From: Clostridia bacterium
Lineage (GTDB): Bacteria > Bacillota > DAOUPZ01
Assembly (NCBI GenBank): GCA_030625885.1
Contig: DAOUPZ010000020.1
Location: forward strand, 3,728-67,727
Direction: 5' to 3'
Length of the DNA: 64,000 bases
Below the pieces are notes generated by a model. That model made no database searches. It was not told the DNA's origin and saw only the letters and a program-made list of their open reading frames with translations. Position 1 is the stretch's first letter. The number at the start of each line of letters is the position of its first letter. This document shows, in pieces, positions 38,994 through 48,058 of this stretch. Made by a program: the position numbers and the translations under genes.

Positions 38994-39572
38994 TTAACTT
39001 TTTCTTTCGTAAATTTTTTGATACAAGCTTGCCATAATAACCGCTGTCTTTGTTAAGTCCGTATCGTTTTGTATTAGCTTTTTTCTGTTTAATATCAAAA
39101 GCTGTTGCCTTGATACAAGGATCAGGTTATCGATGTCAAAATTACGTCGATTTCCATCACCAAAGATAACAACATACCCCTTTGGCACAGGACCGTTATG
39201 CTCTTCCCAAACTAAGATGTGCTTACCTTTCCATTTGTTAGGATCTGCGATTTTAATATCTACGTAACCATCACCATTAACCCGCTCGCTGCCAACAGAC
39301 ATATAATTATGAGATTTCTGCCCTTTTTTAAACTGTGTAGGCTCCCAACCTCCTGTTCCCTTTTTACCTTTATTAGCAGGAACATGGCCAGACTTGAAGC
39401 GGCAATCTAAACAGCTTTTTAAACCGTGATTTTTTAAAAAGGCTCTGATTTGGGAAACCTTGAGATTTAATCCAAAATGACTGTTAAACATTTGTGTCAG
39501 TTCATCAGTCTTTGTTCCTTTTATGTTTTTTGCGATAAAATCAGCTTGTGCTTGTGTATATTTGTGAGCCAC
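38994..39572 (-). CDS. HNH endonuclease (phage packaging-associated type)
   Basis: 'GHVPANKG...HILVWEEHNGPVPKGYVVIFGDGNRRNFDIDNL' is an HNH_3-like motif. Confidence 0.75.
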   Translation of the reverse strand: MAHKYTQAQADFIAKNIKGTKTDELTQMFNSHFGLNLKVSQIRAFLKNHGLKSCLDCRFKSGHVPANKGKKGTGGWEPTQFKKGQKSHNYMSVGSERVNGDGYVDIKIADPNKWKGKHILVWEEHNGPVPKGYVVIFGDGNRRNFDIDNLILVSRQQLLILNRKKLIQNDTDLTKTAVIMASLYQKIYERKS

Positions 39573-39574
39573 AT

Positions 39575-39844
39575 CTATCCCTCCAGCATTTTCGGCAATT
39601 CAGCATCGGCATCTATTCTGTCATCCATCATCTTTTTCGCTTCAAGAACTAACGACCCGTTAGCGATAATCTGTGTGGCAACCGCATTTATTGATTTTGC
39701 TCTAGTGATTTCTTCTTGAAGTTTTTCGCCTTTTAAATCTTCATCGTTTAGTCGCTCTAATTGAGCAAATAAATGGTTGTTTAAATCACCCAGTGTGTTT
39801 TTCATCAAAATCAGCTCCTTAACTTCAATACCATCATGCAACAT
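39575..39844 (-). CDS. Hypothetical protein
   Basis: 89-aa helical ORF coupled to the HNH gene. Confidence 0.4.
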   Translation of the reverse strand: MLHDGIEVKELILMKNTLGDLNNHLFAQLERLNDEDLKGEKLQEEITRAKSINAVATQIIANGSLVLEAKKMMDDRIDADAELPKMLEG

Positions 39845-39869
39845 GATCTAAATCAAGCATTACTGGCAT

Positions 39870-40001
39870 TTAATTAAAATCTTTCTCAAAAAAAATTTCA
39901 TTTCCACATATAGGGCATTCATATTTATACCTCTCACACTGAAATCCTATTTCCTCACAATCAACAATTTCCATTGTATATCCACAAACTGGACATCCCA
40001 T
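39870..40001 (-). CDS. 43-aa zinc-ribbon peptide (not in the ORF track)
   Basis: Own translation gives MGCPVCGYTMEIVDCEEIGFQCERYKYECPICGNEIFFEKDFN. RBS GGAGG lies 8 nt upstream. Confidence 0.45.
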   Translation of the reverse strand: MGCPVCGYTMEIVDCEEIGFQCERYKYECPICGNEIFFEKDFN

Positions 40002-40079
40002 AACAAATACCTCCAATCATGTGTTAACCTATAACCTTAGATAATACCAGGGGGGAATTTCACCCCCGGCTATAGCATC

Positions 40080-40592
40080 TTATTTAAGCATATTGGGGCT
40101 AACATACTTCTCTTGCTTTTCATGCCAGACTAGATCAATATCTGCTTTGCAAAATTTGCACGGTATTTGTTCTAGCCCATCTACAACAAACAAGTAAGAG
40201 CTAGCGTTACATTTTGGGCATACATATGCAGCTGGTTTAATATTTTTGAACTCCTGCTCGTAATCGCAATTTATACACCGTTTGCTCTCATCTGCTTTAG
40301 CAAAGCTGTATTGAACACGGCCACACTCAGGACATTTCCAAAATATCAAATTGTTATTTTTTACGTATTCTCTAACTTGATCAATGTTTTTTGCAATTTC
40401 AACTACTCCCTTTTCAGTATCCATATTAGGCTTGATTGCTGGAATAGTATTCACAATGGTATCCCTAGTAGATACAAACCCCTTTGCCATATGTAAATCA
40501 CGTACTACCTTCAAAAACGTATCGATTGCTTTTTCCTCAGGGATATCAACCATAGTTTCAGCTTGGTCCCCCAATTTCACAGTAATTTTCAT
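40080..40592 (-). CDS. Multi-CxxC zinc-ribbon hypothetical protein
   Basis: 170 aa with CPEC..CINC and CPKC..CKFC pairs. Confidence 0.45.
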   Translation of the reverse strand: MKITVKLGDQAETMVDIPEEKAIDTFLKVVRDLHMAKGFVSTRDTIVNTIPAIKPNMDTEKGVVEIAKNIDQVREYVKNNNLIFWKCPECGRVQYSFAKADESKRCINCDYEQEFKNIKPAAYVCPKCNASSYLFVVDGLEQIPCKFCKADIDLVWHEKQEKYVSPNMLK

Positions 40593-40612
40593 TGTTTGTC
40601 CGCTCCTCCCAG

Positions 40613-41113
40613 TTATACAGCATCCAAAAAATCAAGAACTACTCTACCGCCTTCCCGTATCATCGACGCATTCTCCCGGAACCAACTAATAGGTATTGAT
40701 TTTCTCCCACCTTCTTGAGCCTGCTGGTGCCACTGTTGATATGCATCAAATGGCAAAAGATAAAACTCATTCAACTTCCAAAATGCAATAAGATAAAATT
40801 TCAATCCATTCCACCGCTGCAGAAATTCACGTTGATGCTGCTCTCTATCCCATGGGTCCAACGGGTAACGAGTAGTATTTTCCGTCTTTTTTGCTTCCAT
40901 AGCAAAAGGCCTTCCCTGATATTCTCCTATGTAATCAACCGTACTTTGCTCATCAGGTACAACCATCAGACAATGGCGGCGTGGATCCTGGCCAATAATT
41001 TTAAAAGGCGTCGGAACCTTCTGTATGTTGGCCAAGCCCATGGCCGCGTATTGGCGGCAGGACCAATTAATTAACTCTTCTAGCCCTGCCCCCAGGTTAC
41101 TCTTGCGGCTCAT
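40613..41113 (-). CDS. recU: Holliday junction resolvase RecU
   Basis: 'IQKVPTPFKII...STVDYIGEYQGRPFAMEAKKT...HQREFL' matches conserved RecU motifs. Confidence 0.8.
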   Translation of the reverse strand: MSRKSNLGAGLEELINWSCRQYAAMGLANIQKVPTPFKIIGQDPRRHCLMVVPDEQSTVDYIGEYQGRPFAMEAKKTENTTRYPLDPWDREQHQREFLQRWNGLKFYLIAFWKLNEFYLLPFDAYQQWHQQAQEGGRKSIPISWFRENASMIREGGRVVLDFLDAV

Positions 41114-41134
41114 TCTTTCACTTCCTCTCCCATC

Positions 41135-41656
41135 TTAATTAGCAACTTTTAACTTACGCTGTTTCTCCAATTCCTCAAAATCCATCTGATATGGAGCATT
41201 ACGAACAGCAACAGCAAATTTCTCAATCCCTTTTTCCCAAAGGCCATGTCTATTTACTACATCCGAGAATTCCTCAATATCATGATCCCTTGTGGACCAA
41301 CTTTCCGGTTCATCCGCAATTGCCCAATCTTGTATAACTTCATTTGTAGTTGAATCAATTCTAGGTGAACTTGCCCTCTTTATATGGCAAAGCTCATGGT
41401 CCACTAATGCTTCTCTTTGGGTCAGATCCATATGACTCCATGCGTCTTTATTGACAAATATAAGAAACATTTTACCCGTAATCTCCCGCTCAAATGCTGT
41501 ACATTTCTTACACTTTCCGGCCCAATCACTGGATCCATATTTAAAGAAATAGCCAACCTTGTCTTTTGCATCCTGCAAATGAGGATGATGCTGATCAATA
41601 ATCCGTTCAGCAAATTCTTGAACCTCATCAGCTATCTCAAAACTTGTAGAACTCAT
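41135..41656 (-). CDS. Putative phage metallopeptidase-like protein
   Basis: 173 aa with 'LVDHELCHI' (HExxH). Confidence 0.5.
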   Translation of the reverse strand: MSSTSFEIADEVQEFAERIIDQHHPHLQDAKDKVGYFFKYGSSDWAGKCKKCTAFEREITGKMFLIFVNKDAWSHMDLTQREALVDHELCHIKRASSPRIDSTTNEVIQDWAIADEPESWSTRDHDIEEFSDVVNRHGLWEKGIEKFAVAVRNAPYQMDFEELEKQRKLKVAN

Positions 41657-41668
41657 CCATATCCCCTC

Positions 41669-41830
41669 CTATACCACCTCAGCCAATATTACTAACCGCC
41701 CAGGACTAATACCATCAAGCCGCTCTTTCCTTCTCGGGTACCGCACAACTACTTTCTGCTGCCGCTGAACAATCCGCACTTTGCGTTCCAACTTTGCTTT
41801 TCGTCCTGCTCTCTTATGTTGTGCTGCCAT
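41669..41830 (-). CDS. 53-aa highly basic protein (not in the ORF track)
   Basis: Own translation gives MAAQHKRAGRKAKLERKVRIVQRQQKVVVRYPRRKERLDGISPGRLVILAEVV. Overlaps the AbrB-like stop, and its end carries the RBS of the next gene. Confidence 0.4.
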   Translation of the reverse strand: MAAQHKRAGRKAKLERKVRIVQRQQKVVVRYPRRKERLDGISPGRLVILAEVV

Positions 41831-42068
41831 TTCTTTTCAACTCCTTCAGGCACTTTGAGCAAATATTCCGTCCCTTGAATGTCTCTACATCATCAGCGTT
41901 ACCGCAAAAAACACAAGCTGGTTCATACTTTTTCAAAATGATGTTGCCCCCATCTGTGAAAATCTCTAAGCCATCATTCTGATCAATTTCCATCGTTCTT
42001 CTTAGTTCAATTGGGATAACTACCCGTCCTAATTCATCTATTTTTCTCACAATTCCAGTTGCTTTCAT
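41814..42068 (-). CDS. AbrB/SpoVT-domain regulator with C-terminal zinc ribbon (paralog of 6436-6687)
   Basis: 'MKATGIVRKIDELGRVVIPIELRR' plus 'CVFCGN..CSKC'. Confidence 0.8.
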   Translation of the reverse strand: MKATGIVRKIDELGRVVIPIELRRTMEIDQNDGLEIFTDGGNIILKKYEPACVFCGNADDVETFKGRNICSKCLKELKRNGSTT

Positions 42069-42087
42069 GATGTATTCCCCTCTCTTT

Positions 42088-42951
42088 TTAAGCCTCCAGT
42101 TTTCTTAATCGGTAATCAGTAGCCTCAATTACAACCCCATCATTCGCATGTATCATTCGTGAATATATCCGCCCATCAAGCCTCTTCTCCAAAACATCTA
42201 GAGAATAATTTGTCGTGTAAATCACCGGTTTCATTTCGTTATACCTATTGTTAATAATCAAATACAAAATACCTTGAGCCCATGTCATACTGTCATCCAT
42301 CTGCTTTTTCTGGTATTCTGCTCCAATGTCATCAAGAACTAAACAGCTTGCTTCTGTCAGCGCATTAATCAACTCATATTCACTTTCCTCCGAACCTCGG
42401 TTATACGTCGCTCTAATCCTACTTAATAGGTCAGGTACTACTTGAAATATCGCTGACTTCCCTTTTGTCACAAGTTCCCTTGTAATCGCTGCTGCTAAGT
42501 GCGTTTTCCCACATCCGAAATTACCAAAAAATATTAACCCTGTTCCTGTCTGCGCGAAAGATCCAAAATTTTCAACGAACTTCTGTGCCCTAGTTAATGC
42601 GCTTTCCGTTCCAGGCATCACATGAAAATTGTCAAACGTGCATCCGCGATAGCGTTTACCAAGGTAACTACTATCAAAAAGCCTTGCAATTTTGTTTTTC
42701 CGTTTCTCTTCATCCATAGCCATCTGCTTTTTAAGCTCTTCTTCCTTCTGCTGCTGATTTTTTACTGCAATGCATTCATCACACAAGCTCAAATATTCAT
42801 ATTGATTCATAATCGGGTTCCAAAAAGGCTTAACTTCAGCTCGGCACTTATCACAAAGATGCTTTTCAGGAGAAGAATTTTTTATTTTTTCCATTCTGCC
42901 CATAGTCTTTGGCAGGACTTCCTTTGTTGCTATCAGCATTCTTTTGCTCAC
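42088..42951 (-). CDS. DnaC/IstB-like helicase loader ATPase
   Basis: Walker A 'GNFGCGKTHLAAAI', Walker B 'LVLDDIG' and an N-terminal CxxC zinc finger. Confidence 0.8.
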   Translation of the reverse strand: MSKRMLIATKEVLPKTMGRMEKIKNSSPEKHLCDKCRAEVKPFWNPIMNQYEYLSLCDECIAVKNQQQKEEELKKQMAMDEEKRKNKIARLFDSSYLGKRYRGCTFDNFHVMPGTESALTRAQKFVENFGSFAQTGTGLIFFGNFGCGKTHLAAAITRELVTKGKSAIFQVVPDLLSRIRATYNRGSEESEYELINALTEASCLVLDDIGAEYQKKQMDDSMTWAQGILYLIINNRYNEMKPVIYTTNYSLDVLEKRLDGRIYSRMIHANDGVVIEATDYRLRKLEA

Positions 42952-43714
42952 CTCTTTCCAAGATCACCACGTTATTTTTAACTTTCTTTTTCTCAAAAAG
43001 CTCTAGTATCTTTGGCCTACAATATGAAATTGAATTAATTCGATCCCCTTCAAACTGTGGCTTATGCTTTTTAATTGAAAGTTCAATCCCTTGCTTGATT
43101 ACATCTGGTGGAATGCCTTTCTCTAAAAGCTCCTTGACTAACTGAAAATCCGTACTTGAGATGTTTATCTGAATCCGTCCAGTTTTCTCACAAAAGAAAT
43201 TAATTATATCCTCGAATAGGTTTGGCTTTTCTTCTGGAAGTTCTTCATGGATTTCTTCTTCATCATCAATATCTTTAAAATTATCTTTAAAGATTTCTTT
43301 CTTGGGGGTACAATCGTTCCCCTGTGGAGGGGTGCTTTTATTCCCCTGTGTGGGGGTCAATTGTTCCCCACTATCCTTTTCGTTCCCCTGTATACTTTTT
43401 TCGATTTTCCACTGATCATAATCTTTATTGAAAGCTAAGATTCTTGAATGATTAAACCCAGCTTCTTTAATTACATGGATGATTTTATTATCAATCAATT
43501 TGCTAAGCTGAGTTTTAACCTGCTTATAACTAATACCAGTTGCTTCTTTTAAAAACGTAACCGATATGGCATGTTCTTTACGCTTAAACCCATAAGTGTA
43601 ACGCCATATAACCATGACTATCCTAAGTTGAGTACCATTAAATTTATACTTTGGTATTTCTTCTAGTAGCTCATTTGCTATTTTTGTAAACTCATCAGGT
43701 TGAACATTAGCCAT
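42866..43714 (-). CDS. Replication initiator / replisome organiser (phage O / DnaD-like)
   Basis: N-terminal wHTH 'GTQLRIVMVIWRYTYGFKRKEHAISVTFLKEATGISYKQV'. Contains iterons within the ORF. Confidence 0.7.
   Translation of the reverse strand: MANVQPDEFTKIANELLEEIPKYKFNGTQLRIVMVIWRYTYGFKRKEHAISVTFLKEATGISYKQVKTQLSKLIDNKIIHVIKEAGFNHSRILAFNKDYDQWKIEKSIQGNEKDSGEQLTPTQGNKSTPPQGNDCTPKKEIFKDNFKDIDDEEEIHEELPEEKPNLFEDIINFFCEKTGRIQINISSTDFQLVKELLEKGIPPDVIKQGIELSIKKHKPQFEGDRINSISYCRPKILELFEKKKVKNNVVILERGEQKNADSNKGSPAKDYGQNGKNKKFFS
43305..43395. repeat. Putative replication origin iterons inside the initiator gene
   Basis: (G/A)TTCCCC(T/A) occurs at 43316, 43340, 43363 and 43382 (the first, second and fourth copies continue TGT). 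The first three copies are each preceded by a GGGG(G/T) tract, giving GGGG-N-CCCC units. Confidence 0.55.
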
Positions 43715-43819
43715 GCTTACACCTCATTTATCCTTTATAACCTAAATTTACCATAATAAATAGTTTTTTAGAGGGAGAGGTCCATAGTAGACCTCTCCTA
43801 TTGGAAGTTGGGGGAAAGC

Positions 43820-44377
43820 TTAATCATTAAGTGTTACTGAAAATGACGGTTCCTGTTCTAAAATCGAAACCCCTTCCACTACATTTTCAGCACAGCCAAT
43901 TACAGCTTGTACACCCCTTGCAATGATAAGTTTTTTAAGTTTTACTTTATCCACCTTTTCTTCAACTTTCACCTTCCGGTTGATTAAAGGTGTATAATGC
44001 TTATCCTTAAGGAATTGAAGTAGTTTGTCATCGTCACAAATCAGCTTAGGTTTCTGTTTACGTAACTGCAGCTTCCCGTGGATCAACTTAAGCGACTTCA
44101 CTTTTGGATCCTCCATATTCACCTTTCTCATGTAAACTTCTAATGCTGCTTCAAAGAACTGCATATCCCTGTTGATTGCCGCAGTCTCATTTTCCAGCCA
44201 TTCATCTACCCTACGCATTTCAGCATCTGCAATTTCTCTTTTTTGCCGCTCTTTCTCATTTAAAAATGCAAGCTTTCTCATTACCCAATTTGCTGTTTGT
44301 TCGTTATCTATCACAAAGCCTTTACGCTGCTCTTCCTCCTGGGGAAGCTCTTGATCCAAGTACTCATGAAGTTCCAT
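43820..44377 (-). CDS. Gam-like host-nuclease inhibitor (tentative)
   Basis: 185-aa coiled-coil protein next to RecT. Resembles the Mu Gam / Gp157 class by recollection. Confidence 0.4.
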   Translation of the reverse strand: MELHEYLDQELPQEEEQRKGFVIDNEQTANWVMRKLAFLNEKERQKREIADAEMRRVDEWLENETAAINRDMQFFEAALEVYMRKVNMEDPKVKSLKLIHGKLQLRKQKPKLICDDDKLLQFLKDKHYTPLINRKVKVEEKVDKVKLKKLIIARGVQAVIGCAENVVEGVSILEQEPSFSVTLND

Positions 44378-44410
44378 TATTCATTCTCCTCCTTTATGTT
44401 TATCCATAAT

Positions 44411-45247
44411 TTATAGCTCTTCATCATCTGGGAACATTTCGTTATATGCCTCATTAAATGCTGTGTTTGGTTCATCTGGTGGAATTAATTCTCCCTGAAC
44501 CGGTTCTGCTGCAGCTTGTCTTGCTTCTTTTAGAGCTGTCATCTCGTCAATCAACTCATGTGCTTGCTGCTTGGTCATTTCTTTGCTGCTATTAACACCA
44601 TATTTCGTATGAATGGTACTTTTCATATTTTCAGGTGAAAAGCCAAGCTCATTTGCTAAAGCGAATATTTTACTTAATTGAGGTTGTGTTGCAAAATTAA
44701 TTTCCTGCTTTATTTCATGCTGTTGCTCCGCTGTATCTATCTCTTCCGGTGAATACAAACCTGAAATATCAAATGCCCTTCTTAGCGCCTGTGATTCGGC
44801 CACCTTCTGGATCATGGTTCGCGGCTTCTTATTCCATAAGTTTTGACCGGTCGAATATTCGCTCAAAGCAACCTCTACATAAAATGGATGGTCCATATCA
44901 TTTCTATATACTTTACACCAGCCAATAATCTCTTTGCCTTCTTGCCTTACCCCACTGTCCATGCCATTGAATTTACCTGAACGATGTGCAATAGAAAGAA
45001 ATCCATCACGACCAGTAAATATCTGTGCCGCATTATTTTTGTATTTTACACACCAAATCTGCTTAATTAAGGGGTCTAGTTGGTATTTGCTTGCCGTGTA
45101 TAAAAAAAGTTTAAATTCGCTTGATGTTGTATCTTTTGCTACAGTATCTTGAATGAGTTTTATATCGTCCTCTGACCATGTTGGAGCAGAATTTACAGGT
45201 GCTGCCACTTGATTTCCACCGTCCATTACTGCTAAGTTATTACCCAT
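44411..45247 (-). CDS. recT: RecT-family single-strand annealing recombinase
   Basis: 'IWCVKYKNNAAQIFTGRDGFLSIAHRSGKFNGMDSG' is a RecT-like core. Confidence 0.8.
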   Translation of the reverse strand: MGNNLAVMDGGNQVAAPVNSAPTWSEDDIKLIQDTVAKDTTSSEFKLFLYTASKYQLDPLIKQIWCVKYKNNAAQIFTGRDGFLSIAHRSGKFNGMDSGVRQEGKEIIGWCKVYRNDMDHPFYVEVALSEYSTGQNLWNKKPRTMIQKVAESQALRRAFDISGLYSPEEIDTAEQQHEIKQEINFATQPQLSKIFALANELGFSPENMKSTIHTKYGVNSSKEMTKQQAHELIDEMTALKEARQAAAEPVQGELIPPDEPNTAFNEAYNEMFPDDEEL

Positions 45248-45445
45248 CTAACACACCTTCTTTCCCCGGAAGCACGCCCATCTAGGCTCCTGCTCCGCTT
45301 CCTTTACGCTCATTTTCCTATCTATACATAGGCCTGTCCCAATGCCAACCAGGTAGATTACTATTGCTATGAAACTTACGCCCCAAAAATTAGTAATACT
45401 CATGCCAGCACCTCCCTGATCTTCTCCCATCTGTTGAGTTTGCAA
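45248..45445 (-). CDS. Small membrane hypothetical protein
   Basis: One TM helix (ITNFWGVSFIAIVIYLVGIGTGLCI). The true start may be the internal Met. Confidence 0.35.
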   Translation of the reverse strand: MQTQQMGEDQGGAGMSITNFWGVSFIAIVIYLVGIGTGLCIDRKMSVKEAEQEPRWACFRGKKVC

Positions 45446-45594
45446 ATGTAAGAATCACGCATCCGAGTTTTCACGCCTTCTGCTGGTTCCCATCCTGGCT
45501 TTCCTTCTCTGTTCATGCATCTACGGCAAGCTTTTTTATTTAGTCCGCCATTATACTTACAATTGGAGCATCTTGCGCCTTCGTTACGCATCAT
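45400..45594 (-). CDS. Cys-rich small hypothetical protein
   Basis: 64 aa with CSNC..CRRC. Confidence 0.35.
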   Translation of the reverse strand: MMRNEGARCSNCKYNGGLNKKACRRCMNREGKPGWEPAEGVKTRMRDSYICKLNRWEKIREVLA

Positions 45595-45884
45595 GCCACC
45601 TCCCGCATAAGCTTGTATTTAATCTGAAGCAATAAATTAAACCGCTTTCTACTTCTATCTTCCATTTCTTTTAAACCATTATGCTCATATAAAGCTATGT
45701 CAAAAGCTAGTTCATGAATACGCTTGCTGAGCCAAAATAGCTTGTCCACTTTTGCAGCTAATGGCTCTTCCCACTCTTTAAAAAGATATCCGCATTCATC
45801 ACATTCGTTTATCTCAACATAACCATGGCCGCCAACATGATCCGGATAAGATTTCATTATCTGTCCACAAATTGGGCAATCCAT
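45591..45884 (-). CDS. Zinc-ribbon hypothetical protein
   Basis: 97 aa with CPIC..CDEC. Confidence 0.4.
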   Translation of the reverse strand: MDCPICGQIMKSYPDHVGGHGYVEINECDECGYLFKEWEEPLAAKVDKLFWLSKRIHELAFDIALYEHNGLKEMEDRSRKRFNLLLQIKYKLMREVA

Positions 45885-45932
45885 TGCATGCTCGCTCCTT
45901 CCTGTGGTAAAATAAATACAAATCAGATTTTT

Positions 45933-46256
45933 TTATTTCTTTAATGCCCTTGTTGCACCAAGGGCATTTTTCTTTACCTCATGCTCTTTGGTTCTTTTAA
46001 CCCTACGATAAACACTAGTCTCTGATATTCCATAAATCTTACCTATCTGCTTATAAGTAAAGCCCTGGTTTTTCATCAAGTACATATCAACTTCATCTTC
46101 TTTGGTTATAGTAGGATTTGAATTATTAATTTTCTTTTTTATTTGCTTTGCTTTCTCAAAAGCATAAAACGCTTTCTCAGGTGTACATTCACCAAATACT
46201 GCAATCATTAATGCATAGTAATTTGGTTTAAGACCAATAGCCTCCACTTCTTTCAC
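45933..46256 (-). CDS. HTH protein (sigma-r4/resolvase-HTH-like)
   Basis: 'GFTYKQIGKIYGISETSVYRRVKR'. Confidence 0.55.
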   Translation of the reverse strand: MKEVEAIGLKPNYYALMIAVFGECTPEKAFYAFEKAKQIKKKINNSNPTITKEDEVDMYLMKNQGFTYKQIGKIYGISETSVYRRVKRTKEHEVKKNALGATRALKK

Positions 46257-46287
46257 CTCCCTCCTCTCTAGGTATTGGTGTTAGTGG

Positions 46288-46503
46288 TTAACCTGCTTCT
46301 TTCGTACCATTAACTTTTTTCCAATGCTCTCTTACACGATTATTAAAACCTGTTGGATCACTCCTTATTTCCTCCATCATTCCATATGAAAGTACTTCAA
46401 TCTGTTCGTTTCTTTTTGCTTCTGCATCACCTTCATATGCATGCTGTTTAACCTTGATACGCTGACCAGTCTTTCTATCAATGGTAATAATAACGGTTTT
46501 CAT
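46288..46503 (-). CDS. Hypothetical protein
   Basis: 71-aa ORF in the early operon. Confidence 0.4.
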   Translation of the reverse strand: MKTVIITIDRKTGQRIKVKQHAYEGDAEAKRNEQIEVLSYGMMEEIRSDPTGFNNRVREHWKKVNGTKEAG

Positions 46504-46563
46504 TTTTCACTCTCACCTCCCTTCATCCCTGGCATTGGTACCTACCTCAAGAAATCAGTCTTC

Positions 46564-46791
46564 CTACAAGTCAATTCTTGTTATCCCAAACTTATTTTCA
46601 GGCTCTGGCTTTTGTACACTTGCCTGTTCCATTTCATCCATCCATTTTTGCAGTGTATGCTTTCTGCATAAAATCCGCTGGCCATTTCTTATTACTGGAA
46701 TTTCATGCTTTCTTACACGTTCATAGAATGTTCGAAGTGGTATCCCTAGAAATGCGGCACCTTCCTTTGCTGTCATTGTTTGACGTTCCAT
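46564..46791 (-). CDS. Excisionase-family (MerR-like) HTH protein
   Basis: 'MTAKEGAAFLGIPLRTFYERVRKHEIPVIRNGQR'. Start set at the ATG preceded by GGAGGTG. Confidence 0.6.
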   Translation of the reverse strand: MERQTMTAKEGAAFLGIPLRTFYERVRKHEIPVIRNGQRILCRKHTLQKWMDEMEQASVQKPEPENKFGITRIDL

Positions 46792-46953
46792 TCTTTCACC
46801 TCCCATCTATTACCTAAAGGCTTCCAAATATTTAACAGGATTTTCTTCACTATCATCGAATTAGTAAGTGTCCAATTTACCAATAAAATACCATTTGATG
46901 GTATAATACATTTGTATGGCTAACACTCAATAATAATCAAAGGAGGCTTTTTC

Positions 46954-47334
46954 ATGCGATTAAATCCAGATTGTATAAGAGATATCTTATTAACTGTTGA
47001 AAGTAATGACTTCGGTATTCATATGACTCTAGATAAACTATGCGAAAAACTCCCGAACTACAGCCGCAAAGAAATTCATTATTGCTGCCTTAAATTAGAT
47101 CAAGGCGACCTTTTGGAAGTAATGTCATTACCGATAATGGGACAACCTATGCGAGATATCAAAACTATCAAAGACTTAACTTTTGAAGGCCATGAATTTC
47201 TAGCTAATATTAAATCTGATAATACATGGAACAAAACAAAGTCCATTGCTAAACAAGTTGGTTCTTATTCTATTTACGCACTTAGAGATATTGCAGGTGG
47301 CGTTATAAGCCAGTTAGTTAAAGAACATCTCTGA
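46954..47334 (+). CDS. DUF2513-like hypothetical protein
   Basis: 'MRLNPDCIRDILLTVE' is an N-terminus typical of the DUF2513 family. RBS AAAGGAGG. Confidence 0.55.
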   Translation: MRLNPDCIRDILLTVESNDFGIHMTLDKLCEKLPNYSRKEIHYCCLKLDQGDLLEVMSLPIMGQPMRDIKTIKDLTFEGHEFLANIKSDNTWNKTKSIAKQVGSYSIYALRDIAGGVISQLVKEHL

Positions 47335-47533
47335 TTTTTAATAAAGCGGCTTTTTGTTCATCTATATAACTGTTTATTATCTTTTTTGATTTTTCCGTCA
47401 TATCATCTATTATTTGACCAGCCGTTTCGTCGTCGGAATATAATAAGTCAGAATATAAGCTAATCATGGCATTGGATATCTCACTAAAAACATTAGTGCA
47501 AATTATATTGTTGAATCCTCGACCTATTTCCAT
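47318..47533 (-). CDS. Hypothetical protein
   Basis: 71-aa ORF with RBS AAAGGAGGG. Confidence 0.4.
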   Translation of the reverse strand: MEIGRGFNNIICTNVFSEISNAMISLYSDLLYSDDETAGQIIDDMTEKSKKIINSYIDEQKAALLKIRDVL

Positions 47534-47660
47534 CTCTCTTCCCTCCTTTCATAATCCAACCTCCCATCTATTACCTCACTTCCCACTAACCCACTAATGT
47601 ATGAAATAACTGCATAGGGTAGAATTAAGATAGGTTGTACTATTTTTTCTCAGGGTGAAT

Positions 47661-47897
47661 TCACCCCATTTTTGTTGTCTCTTTGGCAACACGGTGGTTA
47701 AAAAAAATATCGACAGGGTTTTCTTGTAATACTTGTGCTATCCTTTCACATTCTGAAACAGTAAATTCGGTAATACCATTTTCTTTTCTTACATAAGTTG
47801 TTAATGCTATCCCAGACTTTCTAGCAAGTTCTTCTTGTTTTAACCCGCTCTCCATCCTGAGTGCTTTTAATTTATAATTGGGTTTCTTTTTTGCCAT
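47661..47897 (-). CDS. Cro-like XRE HTH regulator
   Basis: 'LKALRMESGLKQEELARKSGIALTTYVRKENG'. Divergent from the CI-like gene. Start at the ATG with AAAGGAGTG upstream. Confidence 0.75.
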   Translation of the reverse strand: MAKKKPNYKLKALRMESGLKQEELARKSGIALTTYVRKENGITEFTVSECERIAQVLQENPVDIFFNHRVAKETTKMG

Positions 47898-48058
47898 TGT
47901 TTTCACTCCTTTCGTTCCCGATTGGCAACTTAATTATATTATCGTTTTGGCAACTTGTCAACCATTAAAGAGATATTTATTGTATTTTTGGCAACAAATA
48001 TTTCATATATGGCAACTATTTTATATAATATTTACCAAGGAGGTGCAATTATGGCAAC
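47684..48058. promoter_or_regulatory. Array of six TGGCAAC motifs in and around the cro/cI divergent region (putative operators)
   Basis: TGGCAAC at 47684, 47923, 47948, 47989, 48010 and 48052, all in the same orientation and five of six preceded by T. Confidence 0.45.

Noticed and set aside
47955-48050. Upstream extension of the CI-like ORF (track start 47955)
   Set aside because: The extension has no RBS, is AT-rich, and overlaps the operator/promoter region. The ATG at 48051 has a perfect AAGGAGG.
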